From: Candidatus Eiseniibacteriota bacterium
GTDB taxonomy: Bacteria; Eisenbacteria; RBG-16-71-46
Length of the DNA: 64,000 nt
Reading direction: 5' to 3'
Assembly (NCBI GenBank): GCA_041483195.1
Contig: JBGPFC010000001.1
Location: forward strand, 164,383-228,382
The position numbers were made by a program, and so were the translations under genes. Shown one piece after another: positions 18,814-27,469 of this stretch (position 1 is the stretch's first letter; the number at the start of each line of letters is the position of its first letter). A model generated the notes under the pieces. The model was not told the origin of the DNA. It searched no databases and saw only the letters and a program-made list of their open reading frames with translations.

Positions 18814-20898
18814 TCAGTCTTCGACGAGTCTGGCGATCGTCTCGATCTCGGCGAGCCCCGCCGCCGGCCGATGCATTACGTTTCCGGAGACCCGGGATGG
18901 CCGGATTTCAATGGTATCCACGCGGACGCCATTGCATTCCGCACGGGTGCCATCCGGGCTCAAGGGCTCGTGGAGCAGGGTCCGACCCAGCTCGCGACCA
19001 TCCCGGTAGAACACGAGTTCGCACTCGCCGACCGCGACCCGGGTACCCTCCGACGAATCGGGCCTAATAGCGTAAAGGACCAGCGCGCTCACTTCAATGG
19101 GCCATCGCCAACGCAGGCGAAGGCTCTCCCCCTCCGCGGAGCGCGCGATCCACGCGATCTCGGCGGTCCGGCCGCGCGTGCGCAGGTCGCCGACCGCCCC
19201 CGCTCCGGCCGTTCCGGGCTCGACGCTCGAGGCCCGAGCTTCGGCGGAGGGCGTCGCATTCACCCACTTGGCGAGGCCCGCGCTCTCCGGCACCGGAAGC
19301 GCGGAGTGCCCAGCGTGGCACCCCACGCACTTCGTGCCAGAACCAAAGCGCGCGAAGTTGAGACCCGGCACGTGCGCGGGCCCGCGCGCTCCGCGCAGCA
19401 CGTGTCCTCGCGCGTCCACCAGCTGCTCGAACATCGGGGTGTCGGCCGGCATGTCCTCCTCATGCACGCCGCCCGCCGGCGTCACGCGGCTCTCGCGCAC
19501 CAGCACCACCGTGTCTCCCCCTAAGGCCGCCGGCCGCGCGAGCGTCGCGTAGAACCGCACGCGCACGTCGCGCTGGAGCGGCGGCGCGAGCGGGAACGGG
19601 CGATCGAGCGCCGCGTTCGCGAAGACGTTGAGGCAATCGAAGCGGAAGCTCGCGACCGGCCGCTCGAGCTGATCGGCGCGCGTGAGCGGCAGCTCGGGCA
19701 TCGGCTCGTCGTGCGGCGGAGCGAGCACCGGCGGCCGCTCGCGCGCGACCAGCGGCGCGGCGTCCAGCTCCAGCGTGCCCGGCAGATCCACGACCTTCGA
19801 AAGGCCGCCGCCGTCCTGACGCACCACGTAGAGCCCGAAGTCGCCCCGGCCCTCTCGATCGAGCGACAGCACGATGCGCCCGTCCGGGAGCGGCGCGGGC
19901 GAGCAGGCCGACCCCCGATGCGCGCCCGCCCCCGCGAGATCGCGCGGCGGCGCGAACCCGCCCGGGTAGAGCGTGACCGTCGTCCTCCCCGGATCGGGCG
20001 TGAGCGAGAGACGCTCGGCGCGCACGCCGATCAGCGAACCGTCGCGCAACATCGCGGGCTGGTAGGCCATGACGCTGGCGCGCCCGCGCGGATCGCCGCC
20101 CGCGAGCCGTATCCCGTCGCCGTCGGTCTGCACCGAGACCGCGTGCCACAGGTCCACGGTGTCGGAGGGCACGGCGCACGACCGGTCGGTCGTGACCCCG
20201 AACGGCTCGGCCTCGCTCGCGAGATAGCGATTCACCCACCACCGCGCGTACACGATGCGTCCGGTTGCGGGATCGACGGTGGGCTCCTCCGCTCCGTTGC
20301 GCTCGCTGGTCAGCCGCCGCAGTCCCTCGCCTCCCGAGCCGACCACGAACAGGTTGGTCGCGAGCACGCCGCCCTCCTGAGCGACCTGCGGGAAGCGCGT
20401 GCTGGCGAAACACACGCGGCCATCCGCAAGCCAGCACGGATCGAGATCGTCGTAGCGCACGAAGCGCTCGAGGCCCGCGCCGAGCGGCGCGAGATCGACC
20501 GCGCGATCGCCGCGCGTGATGGCGCGCAGGCCCCGGCCGTCCGCGCCGACCACGTAGATCCGCCATGCGCTGTCCCGCGCGACGGTGCCTGCGAACACGA
20601 TGCGCCTCGCGTCCCACGAGACGCTCGGATCGCTGGCGTCGAACAGCACGCCATCTCGCAGCAGGGCACGCACCCGCCCGTTGGCATCGCGCACCATGAG
20701 GCGGCCCCCGGTCGCGAGCGCGCGATGACGCGGGCCGAGGCCGGGGATGGCGCCGCGGTCATCGCCCGAGGCGGGCCGGCGCGAGACGAACACCAGCGCG
20801 GGCACCCCGGAGGGAGCGCGCGCGGGCGCCGCCGCGACGCTCGCGATCGCCGCGACCGCGAGCGCGGCGAGCGCGAAGGCGAGGCGGGAGCGATTCAT
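18814..20898 (-). CDS. Secreted TolB/PD40-like propeller protein resembling hydrazine synthase alpha-type architecture, with one CxxCH heme-c site
   Basis: Signal peptide; DPSVSWDA..IVF, YDDLDPCWLADGRVCFASTR and IVYARWW; PADTPMFEQLVD then KCVGCHAGH; possible discoidin-like C-terminal domain. Confidence 0.65.
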   Translation of the reverse strand: MNRSRLAFALAALAVAAIASVAAAPARAPSGVPALVFVSRRPASGDDRGAIPGLGPRHRALATGGRLMVRDANGRVRALLRDGVLFDASDPSVSWDARRIVFAGTVARDSAWRIYVVGADGRGLRAITRGDRAVDLAPLGAGLERFVRYDDLDPCWLADGRVCFASTRFPQVAQEGGVLATNLFVVGSGGEGLRRLTSERNGAEEPTVDPATGRIVYARWWVNRYLASEAEPFGVTTDRSCAVPSDTVDLWHAVSVQTDGDGIRLAGGDPRGRASVMAYQPAMLRDGSLIGVRAERLSLTPDPGRTTVTLYPGGFAPPRDLAGAGAHRGSACSPAPLPDGRIVLSLDREGRGDFGLYVVRQDGGGLSKVVDLPGTLELDAAPLVARERPPVLAPPHDEPMPELPLTRADQLERPVASFRFDCLNVFANAALDRPFPLAPPLQRDVRVRFYATLARPAALGGDTVVLVRESRVTPAGGVHEEDMPADTPMFEQLVDARGHVLRGARGPAHVPGLNFARFGSGTKCVGCHAGHSALPVPESAGLAKWVNATPSAEARASSVEPGTAGAGAVGDLRTRGRTAEIAWIARSAEGESLRLRWRWPIEVSALVLYAIRPDSSEGTRVAVGECELVFYRDGRELGRTLLHEPLSPDGTRAECNGVRVDTIEIRPSRVSGNVMHRPAAGLAEIETIARLVED

Positions 20899-20916
20899 CG
20901 TGGCCTCGGGGCGCCG

Positions 20917-22521
20917 CTAACGAAGCAGCGCGATGCGACGCTCGCGCACCGCGCCGTCGGCCGAGAGGCGCGCGATGTAGAGCCCGGCCGGCGCGGCGCG
21001 CCCCGCGTCGTCGAGACCGTCCCACACGTGGTCGTGCGAGAGCGCGGCCTCGGGGGTCGGGGGCAGCAGCGCACGCACTTTGCGGCCACGCAGGTCGAAG
21101 ATCTCGATCGTGACGGTGGCGGCGAGCGGCAGATGGTAGGTGAGATGGACGGCGCCCGGGGCCGGCGACGGATAGGGCGGCGAGAACGTGACGATCGGGG
21201 GCGGAAGCACGGGCGGCGGCGGCGGCGGCGGGGCCACGGCATTCACGATGCGGCGGATCTGGCCGCTGCCCGGCACGAAATTCACGAACTGCAGGCAGTA
21301 CCAGAGCCCGCCATCCGGGCCGATCGCGAAGTCGTTCACGGAGACCAGGCCCGTCGCCCAATTGGTCGCGTCCTGCTGTCCCGCGACCGGCGGCGCGATG
21401 CTCCAGTTTCCGCCGCCGTACTTCAGGCGGCGGAGAAATCCCGCGTAGTAGTCTGCGAAGAAATAATCCCCGTTGTACTCGAGGGGGAACGGGGCTGCCG
21501 CGAGCCTCGGCGCGCGATACACGCCGCCGCTCACGAACGCCGCGCTCCCGCTGCCGCTGCGATCGTACGCGTAAACCGGGGCGGTCGCGGGGAGCGGCAG
21601 CAAGCACGAGGCGTCGAACACGGTCGCACCCTCGAAGTGCGGCCAGCCGAAGTCGAGTCCGCCGCCCGTCGCGCGGTTGATCTCCTCCCAGTGACTTTCC
21701 CCGACGTCGGCGATGTAGAGGTTGCCGTCGAGGGGATCGATGTGGAAGCGGAAAGGATTGCGGAGGCCGCAGGCCCAGATCAGCCGCGCGCGCGGCTGGT
21801 TCGACGGAAACGGATTGTCGGCGGGCGTGATGAGCCCGAACGCGGGGGGCCCGCCCGCCCCGGCCGGGAGCCCCGAGACATCGATGCGCAAAATCACGCC
21901 GCGCAGGCTCGACGTATCCTGCGCGGCGCACGAGCTCGCGTCGTCGCCGATGCTCGCGTACAGCATGCCGTCCGGCCCGAAGCGCACCGTGCCCCCGTTG
22001 TGACGCGCGTCGTTGTCGGGAATGGCGGTGAGCACGTCGTAGCGAGAGGCGGGATCGATCGCGAGGTTGCCGTTTCCCGTGAACGCGAGATCGCCGCCCA
22101 CGGTGAGGCGCGTGATTCGAATCGCGAGCGCCGTCGAATCGTTGCAGTGGATGTAGACGTATGGCCGCGCCGGAAATTCGGGATCGACCGCGATCCCGAG
22201 CAAACCGCGCTCGGTCCCCACGGTGCGCACCCCCGGCACCCGAAGCACGGGGTCGGGCGACCCAAACGCCCCGTTCACGACGAGGCGGATCCGCGGCGGG
22301 CTCTGCTCGATGACGAACAGCCTCCCGTCTGGAAGGAACGCCATGCCGGTCGGCAACTGCAGCCCGCCGATCACGAGCCGGTCGGCGAAGCCGTCGGGCA
22401 GCGTCGCCTGCGACATGCCCGCGCCCGGGGTGAAGAGCAGCAGCAGGAGTCCCGCCGCGAGCCATTCCACGCGAGGGAACGCGGCGCGCGGGATCCTCGG
22501 GCGGCCTGGCCAGCCGATCAT
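20917..22521 (-). CDS. Secreted PQQ-dependent glucose/sorbosone dehydrogenase-family protein with FlgD-Ig C-terminal domain
   Basis: ERGLLGIAVDP, HNGGTVRFGPDGMLYASIGD, DNPF, GLRNPFR, DVGE..WEEIN and FGWP; poly-Pro linker, then WDGLDD..AGLYIARL. ATG 22521 follows GGAGG. Confidence 0.85.
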   Translation of the reverse strand: MIGWPGRPRIPRAAFPRVEWLAAGLLLLLFTPGAGMSQATLPDGFADRLVIGGLQLPTGMAFLPDGRLFVIEQSPPRIRLVVNGAFGSPDPVLRVPGVRTVGTERGLLGIAVDPEFPARPYVYIHCNDSTALAIRITRLTVGGDLAFTGNGNLAIDPASRYDVLTAIPDNDARHNGGTVRFGPDGMLYASIGDDASSCAAQDTSSLRGVILRIDVSGLPAGAGGPPAFGLITPADNPFPSNQPRARLIWACGLRNPFRFHIDPLDGNLYIADVGESHWEEINRATGGGLDFGWPHFEGATVFDASCLLPLPATAPVYAYDRSGSGSAAFVSGGVYRAPRLAAAPFPLEYNGDYFFADYYAGFLRRLKYGGGNWSIAPPVAGQQDATNWATGLVSVNDFAIGPDGGLWYCLQFVNFVPGSGQIRRIVNAVAPPPPPPPVLPPPIVTFSPPYPSPAPGAVHLTYHLPLAATVTIEIFDLRGRKVRALLPPTPEAALSHDHVWDGLDDAGRAAPAGLYIARLSADGAVRERRIALLR

Positions 22522-22723
22522 GGGACACCCTCCGTCGCGGCATAGTAAGCGCAGCCGCCGGGCGTTGCGAATCACGGCGGACTCGTGAGCGCGGCTGGAT
22601 CCGGGGCGCGGCATCGTCGCTGTGGAGGAATGGCCGCCCGCGGAGGTAGAATAGCGGCCCGCGGGCGGCCCCGCTTCATCGCGTCGATCGTCGCGGACCG
22701 CGCCCGGATCCCATGGAGCCTCG

Positions 22724-23536
22724 ATGACCCACGCACGCGCCATCCTGCTGGTCGCGGTGGCGAGCATGCTGGCCGGCTCGCACCCATCGCCCGCGCATGG
22801 CGAACCCCATTGCGCCGCGAGCGCGAGCGTGGTTCCGCTCGATGGCGCGCCCGGCTGGTTCCGCATCGAGACGCCGCATGGCGTGACGCGCGCGCGCTGG
22901 CCAGCCTCCGGGCCGCAGGGTCCGGTGCCCGGTTTCTTCTTCCTCGCGCTCGATCAGTCGTGGGACGCCGACGGCAGTGCCGGCTCGGAGGTGGACACGC
23001 TGGTGGTGCCGGTCGGCTCCACGGTGGGATGGAGGTTGTCGCTCGGAATCCACACGCTCACGAACGGCACCGGACCGGACGACCCGCAGGCCGGAACGCG
23101 CTTCGACTACCTGCTCGACGAGGCGCACCCGGCGTTCGATTCCACATTCACAACGCCCGACACCGTGCGGTTCTTCTGCTTCTTCCATTCGCCGGGCATG
23201 GCGGGGGTGCTCGTCGTCTCGGCGAACGCGTCGGTGCCCGGCGAAAGAATTCCGACCCGCATCAGCTTCTCGCGCCCGCCCACGCCGAATCCGACCCGCG
23301 GCACGATCTCGTTCTCGGTCGTGGTGCCTCGCGAGCAGAAGGTGGGCATCGACGTGATCGACGCGACCGGCCGCCATGTGGCGACGATCCAGCGCGGCGC
23401 GCTCGCGGTCGGCGAACATCCGTTCAAGTGGCGCGGCCGCGACGATGCCGGGGCCCCCGCCCCCGCCGGGATCTACGTGATCCAGCTGCAGGCCGGCGCG
23501 CTGAGCGCCACGCGGCGGGTGAGCCTGCTGCGCTGA
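22724..23536 (+). CDS. Secreted cupredoxin (plastocyanin/azurin-like) protein with FlgD-Ig C-terminal domain
   Basis: Signal peptide; type-1 copper ligand set H (GIHTLT) ... C-x2-H-x3-M (FFCFFHSPGMAG); PTPNP...WRGRDD...AGIYVIQL C-terminal domain. Confidence 0.75.
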   Translation: MTHARAILLVAVASMLAGSHPSPAHGEPHCAASASVVPLDGAPGWFRIETPHGVTRARWPASGPQGPVPGFFFLALDQSWDADGSAGSEVDTLVVPVGSTVGWRLSLGIHTLTNGTGPDDPQAGTRFDYLLDEAHPAFDSTFTTPDTVRFFCFFHSPGMAGVLVVSANASVPGERIPTRISFSRPPTPNPTRGTISFSVVVPREQKVGIDVIDATGRHVATIQRGALAVGEHPFKWRGRDDAGAPAPAGIYVIQLQAGALSATRRVSLLR

Positions 23537-23774
23537 GGTGAACCGGCCCGATGCCTGACCGCGCCGGCCCGTCTCGAATTCGCCGCGGACCAACCGCAAG
23601 TACTCTCAAGGTTCACTATCGGCCGCCCACGAAGGCGAGTAGGGTGCGGGGAGGCGATGGTCGGGGTCGGGAGTGCATGTGCGGACCAGGCGTGCGTTCG
23701 GCTCGGCATTGGTGCGGTCGGAGCGTCGCAGCGCGCCATCTCCCGGCAATTCGAACCCTCGTGGAGGACGCGCG

Positions 23775-24962
23775 ATGCGTTGGTTCCGGTCCATTCTCAT
23801 CCTCGCCCCGCTGGTCATCCTGATCACACAGGGCCTCGTACCGAGAAGCGCGAGCGGCCTGCCGCTGTTCGCGCGGAAGTACGGCGTGGAGTGCACCACC
23901 TGCCACATGGCATTCCCGCGTCTCAATGCGTTCGGGATGGCGTTCAAGCAGAACGGTTACCGGATGCCGGCTCAGAAGGGGGAGTCCCCCTGGGACTTGA
24001 AGGAATTTCCGCTCTCGGTGGTGGGCAACGTGGGGTACTCGTACACGAGCACCGATGCCGAGGATTCGAACGGCAAGCGCGAGCGCACCAATCTGAGTGA
24101 GTTCGTTCAGAACACTTCGGAGTTCCACTCCGCGGGAACGCTCGCCGAACACATCACGTTCCACTTCGACAACAACTTCGCCGGCGTCAGCGGTCCGCTC
24201 TTCAGCGGGATGGCGCTCGTCCAGTTCGACGATCTGATCAAGGACGGGGCGCTGAACGTCAAGACCGGGATCTACGACATCGACGTCCCGTACATCGCCG
24301 ACTCCCGGCGCACCACGTGGACGCACTACCTTTCGCCCGTCACTCTGGGGGGCCAGGGCGTCGAGCTGAATGGCGAAAAGAGCGGCTGGACTTACGCCCT
24401 TGGGCTCAACACCAGCTCCAGGACCATGGGAAAGAAGGGCGACAAGACGCTGAACACGTTCGAGAATCCGTACGCCATGGTCGTGCGCGAGGTGCACGGC
24501 CAGCTGCTGACCGGTCGCGTCTACTTCGATCGTCAGGATCCCCGCGACACGACCCGGGCTGCGTCGGTCCACACGCAGGCCGAACTCAACGCATACTTGA
24601 ATTCGGGACGCTGGGCCGTCATCCCGGGCATCACCTTTGAGAAATTCAACGATGCGGACAGCGCGCTCTTCGACGCGACCGACCCCGTCAACGGAGCGCG
24701 CGACAAGGTTCAGACGGCGCTGCTCGAGGCGCTCTGCCTCCTCGGCAAGAACTCGCGGTGGCTCGCGACGGGCCGTTACGAGATCAGGCACATGCCGAAG
24801 TTCGAGAACATCGCCGAGGAAGACGATCAACAGATCGTCGCCGATCTGTCGTACTACGCCAATGCCAACGCCCGGGTGGGCCTGGAGTGGACGCACAATT
24901 CGGACAACATCCATGGTCCGAAGATCGACCAGGTCCAGATGTTCGTGCACATGGGGTACTGA
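23775..24962 (+). CDS. Cyc2-like fused monoheme cytochrome c / outer-membrane beta-barrel porin
   Basis: Signal peptide, then LPLFARKYGVECTTCHMAFPRLNAFGMAFKQNGY, matching the Cyc2 N-terminal PxFAR[QK]...CxxCH...PxL..FG..FK signature; alternating beta-strand pattern; terminal aromatic residue (FVHMGY). ATG 23775 follows GGAGG. Confidence 0.75.
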   Translation: MRWFRSILILAPLVILITQGLVPRSASGLPLFARKYGVECTTCHMAFPRLNAFGMAFKQNGYRMPAQKGESPWDLKEFPLSVVGNVGYSYTSTDAEDSNGKRERTNLSEFVQNTSEFHSAGTLAEHITFHFDNNFAGVSGPLFSGMALVQFDDLIKDGALNVKTGIYDIDVPYIADSRRTTWTHYLSPVTLGGQGVELNGEKSGWTYALGLNTSSRTMGKKGDKTLNTFENPYAMVVREVHGQLLTGRVYFDRQDPRDTTRAASVHTQAELNAYLNSGRWAVIPGITFEKFNDADSALFDATDPVNGARDKVQTALLEALCLLGKNSRWLATGRYEIRHMPKFENIAEEDDQQIVADLSYYANANARVGLEWTHNSDNIHGPKIDQVQMFVHMGY

Positions 24963-24983
24963 AGCGCTCCGCAACGCCGACGA

Positions 24984-25014
24984 CGAAGCCGGGATGACCG
25001 CCCTCCCGGCTTCG
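24984..25014. terminator. Stem-loop between convergent genes, likely terminator
   Basis: CGAAGCCGGGA / TCCCGGCTTCG, an 11-bp perfect stem with a 9-nt loop, followed by ATTGTT. Confidence 0.6.
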
Positions 25015-25067
25015 ATTGTTCCCGCCGGAGCGGACCACGCTTTCGGAAAGCCCCCCGCCGCCCGGGT

Positions 25068-26093
25068 CTAAGCGCCGCCGTCCGGGTAGCGCGCCAGCGC
25101 GATCTCGGTGATGCGCTCGATCAGCTGGTTGTAAGAGCGCCCCGACTCCTTGGCGGCCATCGCGAATTCGGCGGTGGGGAGCAGATACGGATTGGGATTC
25201 ACCTCGAGCACGTGCACCGTGCCGTCCAGGGCGACCCGGAAATCGATGCGGCCGTAGTCGCGCAGCCGCAGCGCCTGGAACGCCTGGATCGCCATGTCCT
25301 GGAGTCGCAGCACCAGCTCCTCGCCGAGATCGTCGGGGAGGAAGGGCCAGGTCGTCTTGTAGGCCTCGGTGTCCTCTTCCCACTTCACCTCGCTGCCCGC
25401 GATCCTGGGCGTGCCCTTCGGCAGCTTCGACAGATCGAGCTCGACCACCGGCAGCGCCTCCGGCTTCTCGTTGCCGAGCACACCCACGTAGAGCTCCCGG
25501 CCTTCGATGTACTCCTCGATCAGCGCCGGCGTGTCGAATTCGGCGTGGATGTAGTCGATGCGCTCCATGAGCTCCTTGATGGAGTGACACACCGCGCCGA
25601 AATGGATGCCGATCGAGCCGTCCTCGCGGGCGGGCTTCACGATGACCGGGAACTGGATGTCGTGCGCGTGCTCGGTGCGCCCGCGGTAGACGGTCGCGAA
25701 GTACGGGGTGTGGATGCCGTGGAACGCGAAGATCTTCTTCGCGAGCGCCTTGTCCTGGGCGAGGTAGAGCCCGTGCGCGCCGGTGCCGGTGAATTTCCGG
25801 CGCAGCAGCTCGAGGTAGGCCGCGACGTTGGTGTCGAATCCGTCCTGCCCCGCGAACGATTCGACCAGGTTGAAGATGAGGTCGGTCTCGGATTGCGCGA
25901 GCTCGATCAGGCTCTGTGGGGTCCCGTCGAGGCGAAGGTAGACCGGATTGTGGCCCGCCTTCTTCAGCGCCTCGTAGACTTCCTGCACGTCCTCGTCTGC
26001 GGACTTGCGGCGGGGCCGTGCGCCGGTTTCGGCCTTCGGCTCGCCGTCTTCCCACCAGAACTCGTACAGAACGCCGATCCGCAGCTTCGCCAT
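25068..26093 (-). CDS. D-Ala-D-Ala ligase-like ATP-grasp enzyme
   Basis: FNLVES, FTG, QDKALAK, IVKP.REDGSIGI, EEYIEGRE, GRIDFR and LEVNPNP. Confidence 0.85.
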   Translation of the reverse strand: MAKLRIGVLYEFWWEDGEPKAETGARPRRKSADEDVQEVYEALKKAGHNPVYLRLDGTPQSLIELAQSETDLIFNLVESFAGQDGFDTNVAAYLELLRRKFTGTGAHGLYLAQDKALAKKIFAFHGIHTPYFATVYRGRTEHAHDIQFPVIVKPAREDGSIGIHFGAVCHSIKELMERIDYIHAEFDTPALIEEYIEGRELYVGVLGNEKPEALPVVELDLSKLPKGTPRIAGSEVKWEEDTEAYKTTWPFLPDDLGEELVLRLQDMAIQAFQALRLRDYGRIDFRVALDGTVHVLEVNPNPYLLPTAEFAMAAKESGRSYNQLIERITEIALARYPDGGA

Positions 26094-26145
26094 GGCGACC
26101 CTCGTCGTTTCCGAATCCCGCGCCCCGTGCCGCGGGGCGCCCGCC

Positions 26146-27159
26146 TCAGCCCTGCACGAATCTGCCGCGAGTCAGATAGTTCATCGCGAGCGTGGTTCCG
26201 TAGGCCGTCAGTTCGACCAGCGTCGCGGACTCGCCCGAGCAGTCCACGTAGAGGTCCAGTTCCCTGCAGTTCCGCACGATGCGCTCGATCAGGGCGCGCA
26301 CCAGCGGGCGCTTCACGCCGGTCCAGTACGTGATCTTGTCGGTCAGCGGCAGGCGGTTCTCCTCGACCATTTCCCAGGCGGGACGGATGCCTTTCCGCCT
26401 GCGGCCGCGCGCGATGAACAGATCGGTCAGGTCCGATTCGAGCGCCACGTTGATCGCGGCGCCGTTCTGACGCGTGAGCCGGCGATAGTATTGCTCCACC
26501 GTCACCTTGAGGTCCTCGACGGTCACGTCGAAATCGCCAGAAGACACGATCGGGTCCTGCTCGCGGACCAGGCGCGTGACTCGGTCAACATAGCGCAACT
26601 TGCGCATCGCGGGCCATGCTTTGTATTTCCGCCGCCAGTTCGAGCCGGGCGTGAGCCACACCGCGAAGGTTTCCGCGAAGTCCTCGTCCGGGTGCTTTTG
26701 CGCGTACCAGCCCGCGATGTGCCGCACGTGCTTCCGGCTGAACGGCACCGGGCGGTAGTGATCGCGATAACGACGATTGTATGGGCCGAACATCTTGCGC
26801 CATTCGGGCGTCGCGAACAGGCGGTACGCGTAGTTGAAAGCGTGTCCGGCCTCGTGGCGCATGTACATCATGATCTCGCGCTCGTCCTCGAGGTCGTTCA
26901 TCTCGCGCTCGAGGCGCGCGAGCTGCGGATCGGCCAGGTAGAACGGAATCCCGATCACGGGCTGGCCGTCGGGGCAGCCCCACTCGTCCGTGAGGTAGCA
27001 CACCGGATGGAAGCGATGCAGCCCCTTGCGCTCGAGCTCGCGCTGGAGCTGATGGACGAAACGCTCCACGGGCGAGCCCTCGAGCTTGAGGCCGAGCTGG
27101 CTGATGCGCTTGCCCAGCAGCTCGCGAACATCGGGCGTGGTCTTCTCGAAGTCGGGCAC
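26146..27159 (-). CDS. Putative zinc-binding metallopeptidase (Peptidase_Mx-like zincin)
   Basis: HExxH (RHEAGHA), IPFYL and YAQKHPDEDFAETFAVWL. Confidence 0.85.
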   Translation of the reverse strand: MPDFEKTTPDVRELLGKRISQLGLKLEGSPVERFVHQLQRELERKGLHRFHPVCYLTDEWGCPDGQPVIGIPFYLADPQLARLEREMNDLEDEREIMMYMRHEAGHAFNYAYRLFATPEWRKMFGPYNRRYRDHYRPVPFSRKHVRHIAGWYAQKHPDEDFAETFAVWLTPGSNWRRKYKAWPAMRKLRYVDRVTRLVREQDPIVSSGDFDVTVEDLKVTVEQYYRRLTRQNGAAINVALESDLTDLFIARGRRRKGIRPAWEMVEENRLPLTDKITYWTGVKRPLVRALIERIVRNCRELDLYVDCSGESATLVELTAYGTTLAMNYLTRGRFVQG

Positions 27160-27469
27160 GGCGGGCGATGCTAGTCGGTGCCCCCTTCACCCACAAGCGG
27201 CGCGGGACTCTGGGGCCGAGGGCCGCCGGGGTTCAGGCCGATCGATCGGGCCGGGCTCGTGCGCCGCCCGTCAAGCCCGGGCAAAGACTGTGTGTCGAAA
27301 CGCACTCTTGGCCGGGCTGGCGCGTCCAAGCACTGCGCCATGACGCCCCGATCCGACCATCCCTGGACCGGGGCGCCCGAATGCGATTGCCGCACACGCC
27401 GCCCGCATCGATAGTGACCTCGTGCGCTCGAGGCGGCGGTTCACGAAAGCCTCTCCCAAGGAGACTCAT

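Noticed and set aside
18814..20898. Anammox hydrazine synthase
   Set aside because: Only an alpha-like architecture with one CxxCH; no beta/gamma subunit or other anammox genes in the window.
21211..21235. (GGC)n microsatellite as a phase-variation tract
   Set aside because: It is a triplet repeat encoding a poly-Pro linker; slippage would keep the reading frame.
23537..23774. Riboswitch upstream of the Cyc2-like gene
   Set aside because: Some complementarity (GGGAG..GATGG / CCATCTCCC), but no recognisable cobalamin, fluoride or c-di-GMP consensus.
25068..26093. Housekeeping ddl or vancomycin-resistance ligase
   Set aside because: Lacks the usual N-terminal GG.S.E motif and has no mur or van gene context; it is paired with a zincin instead.
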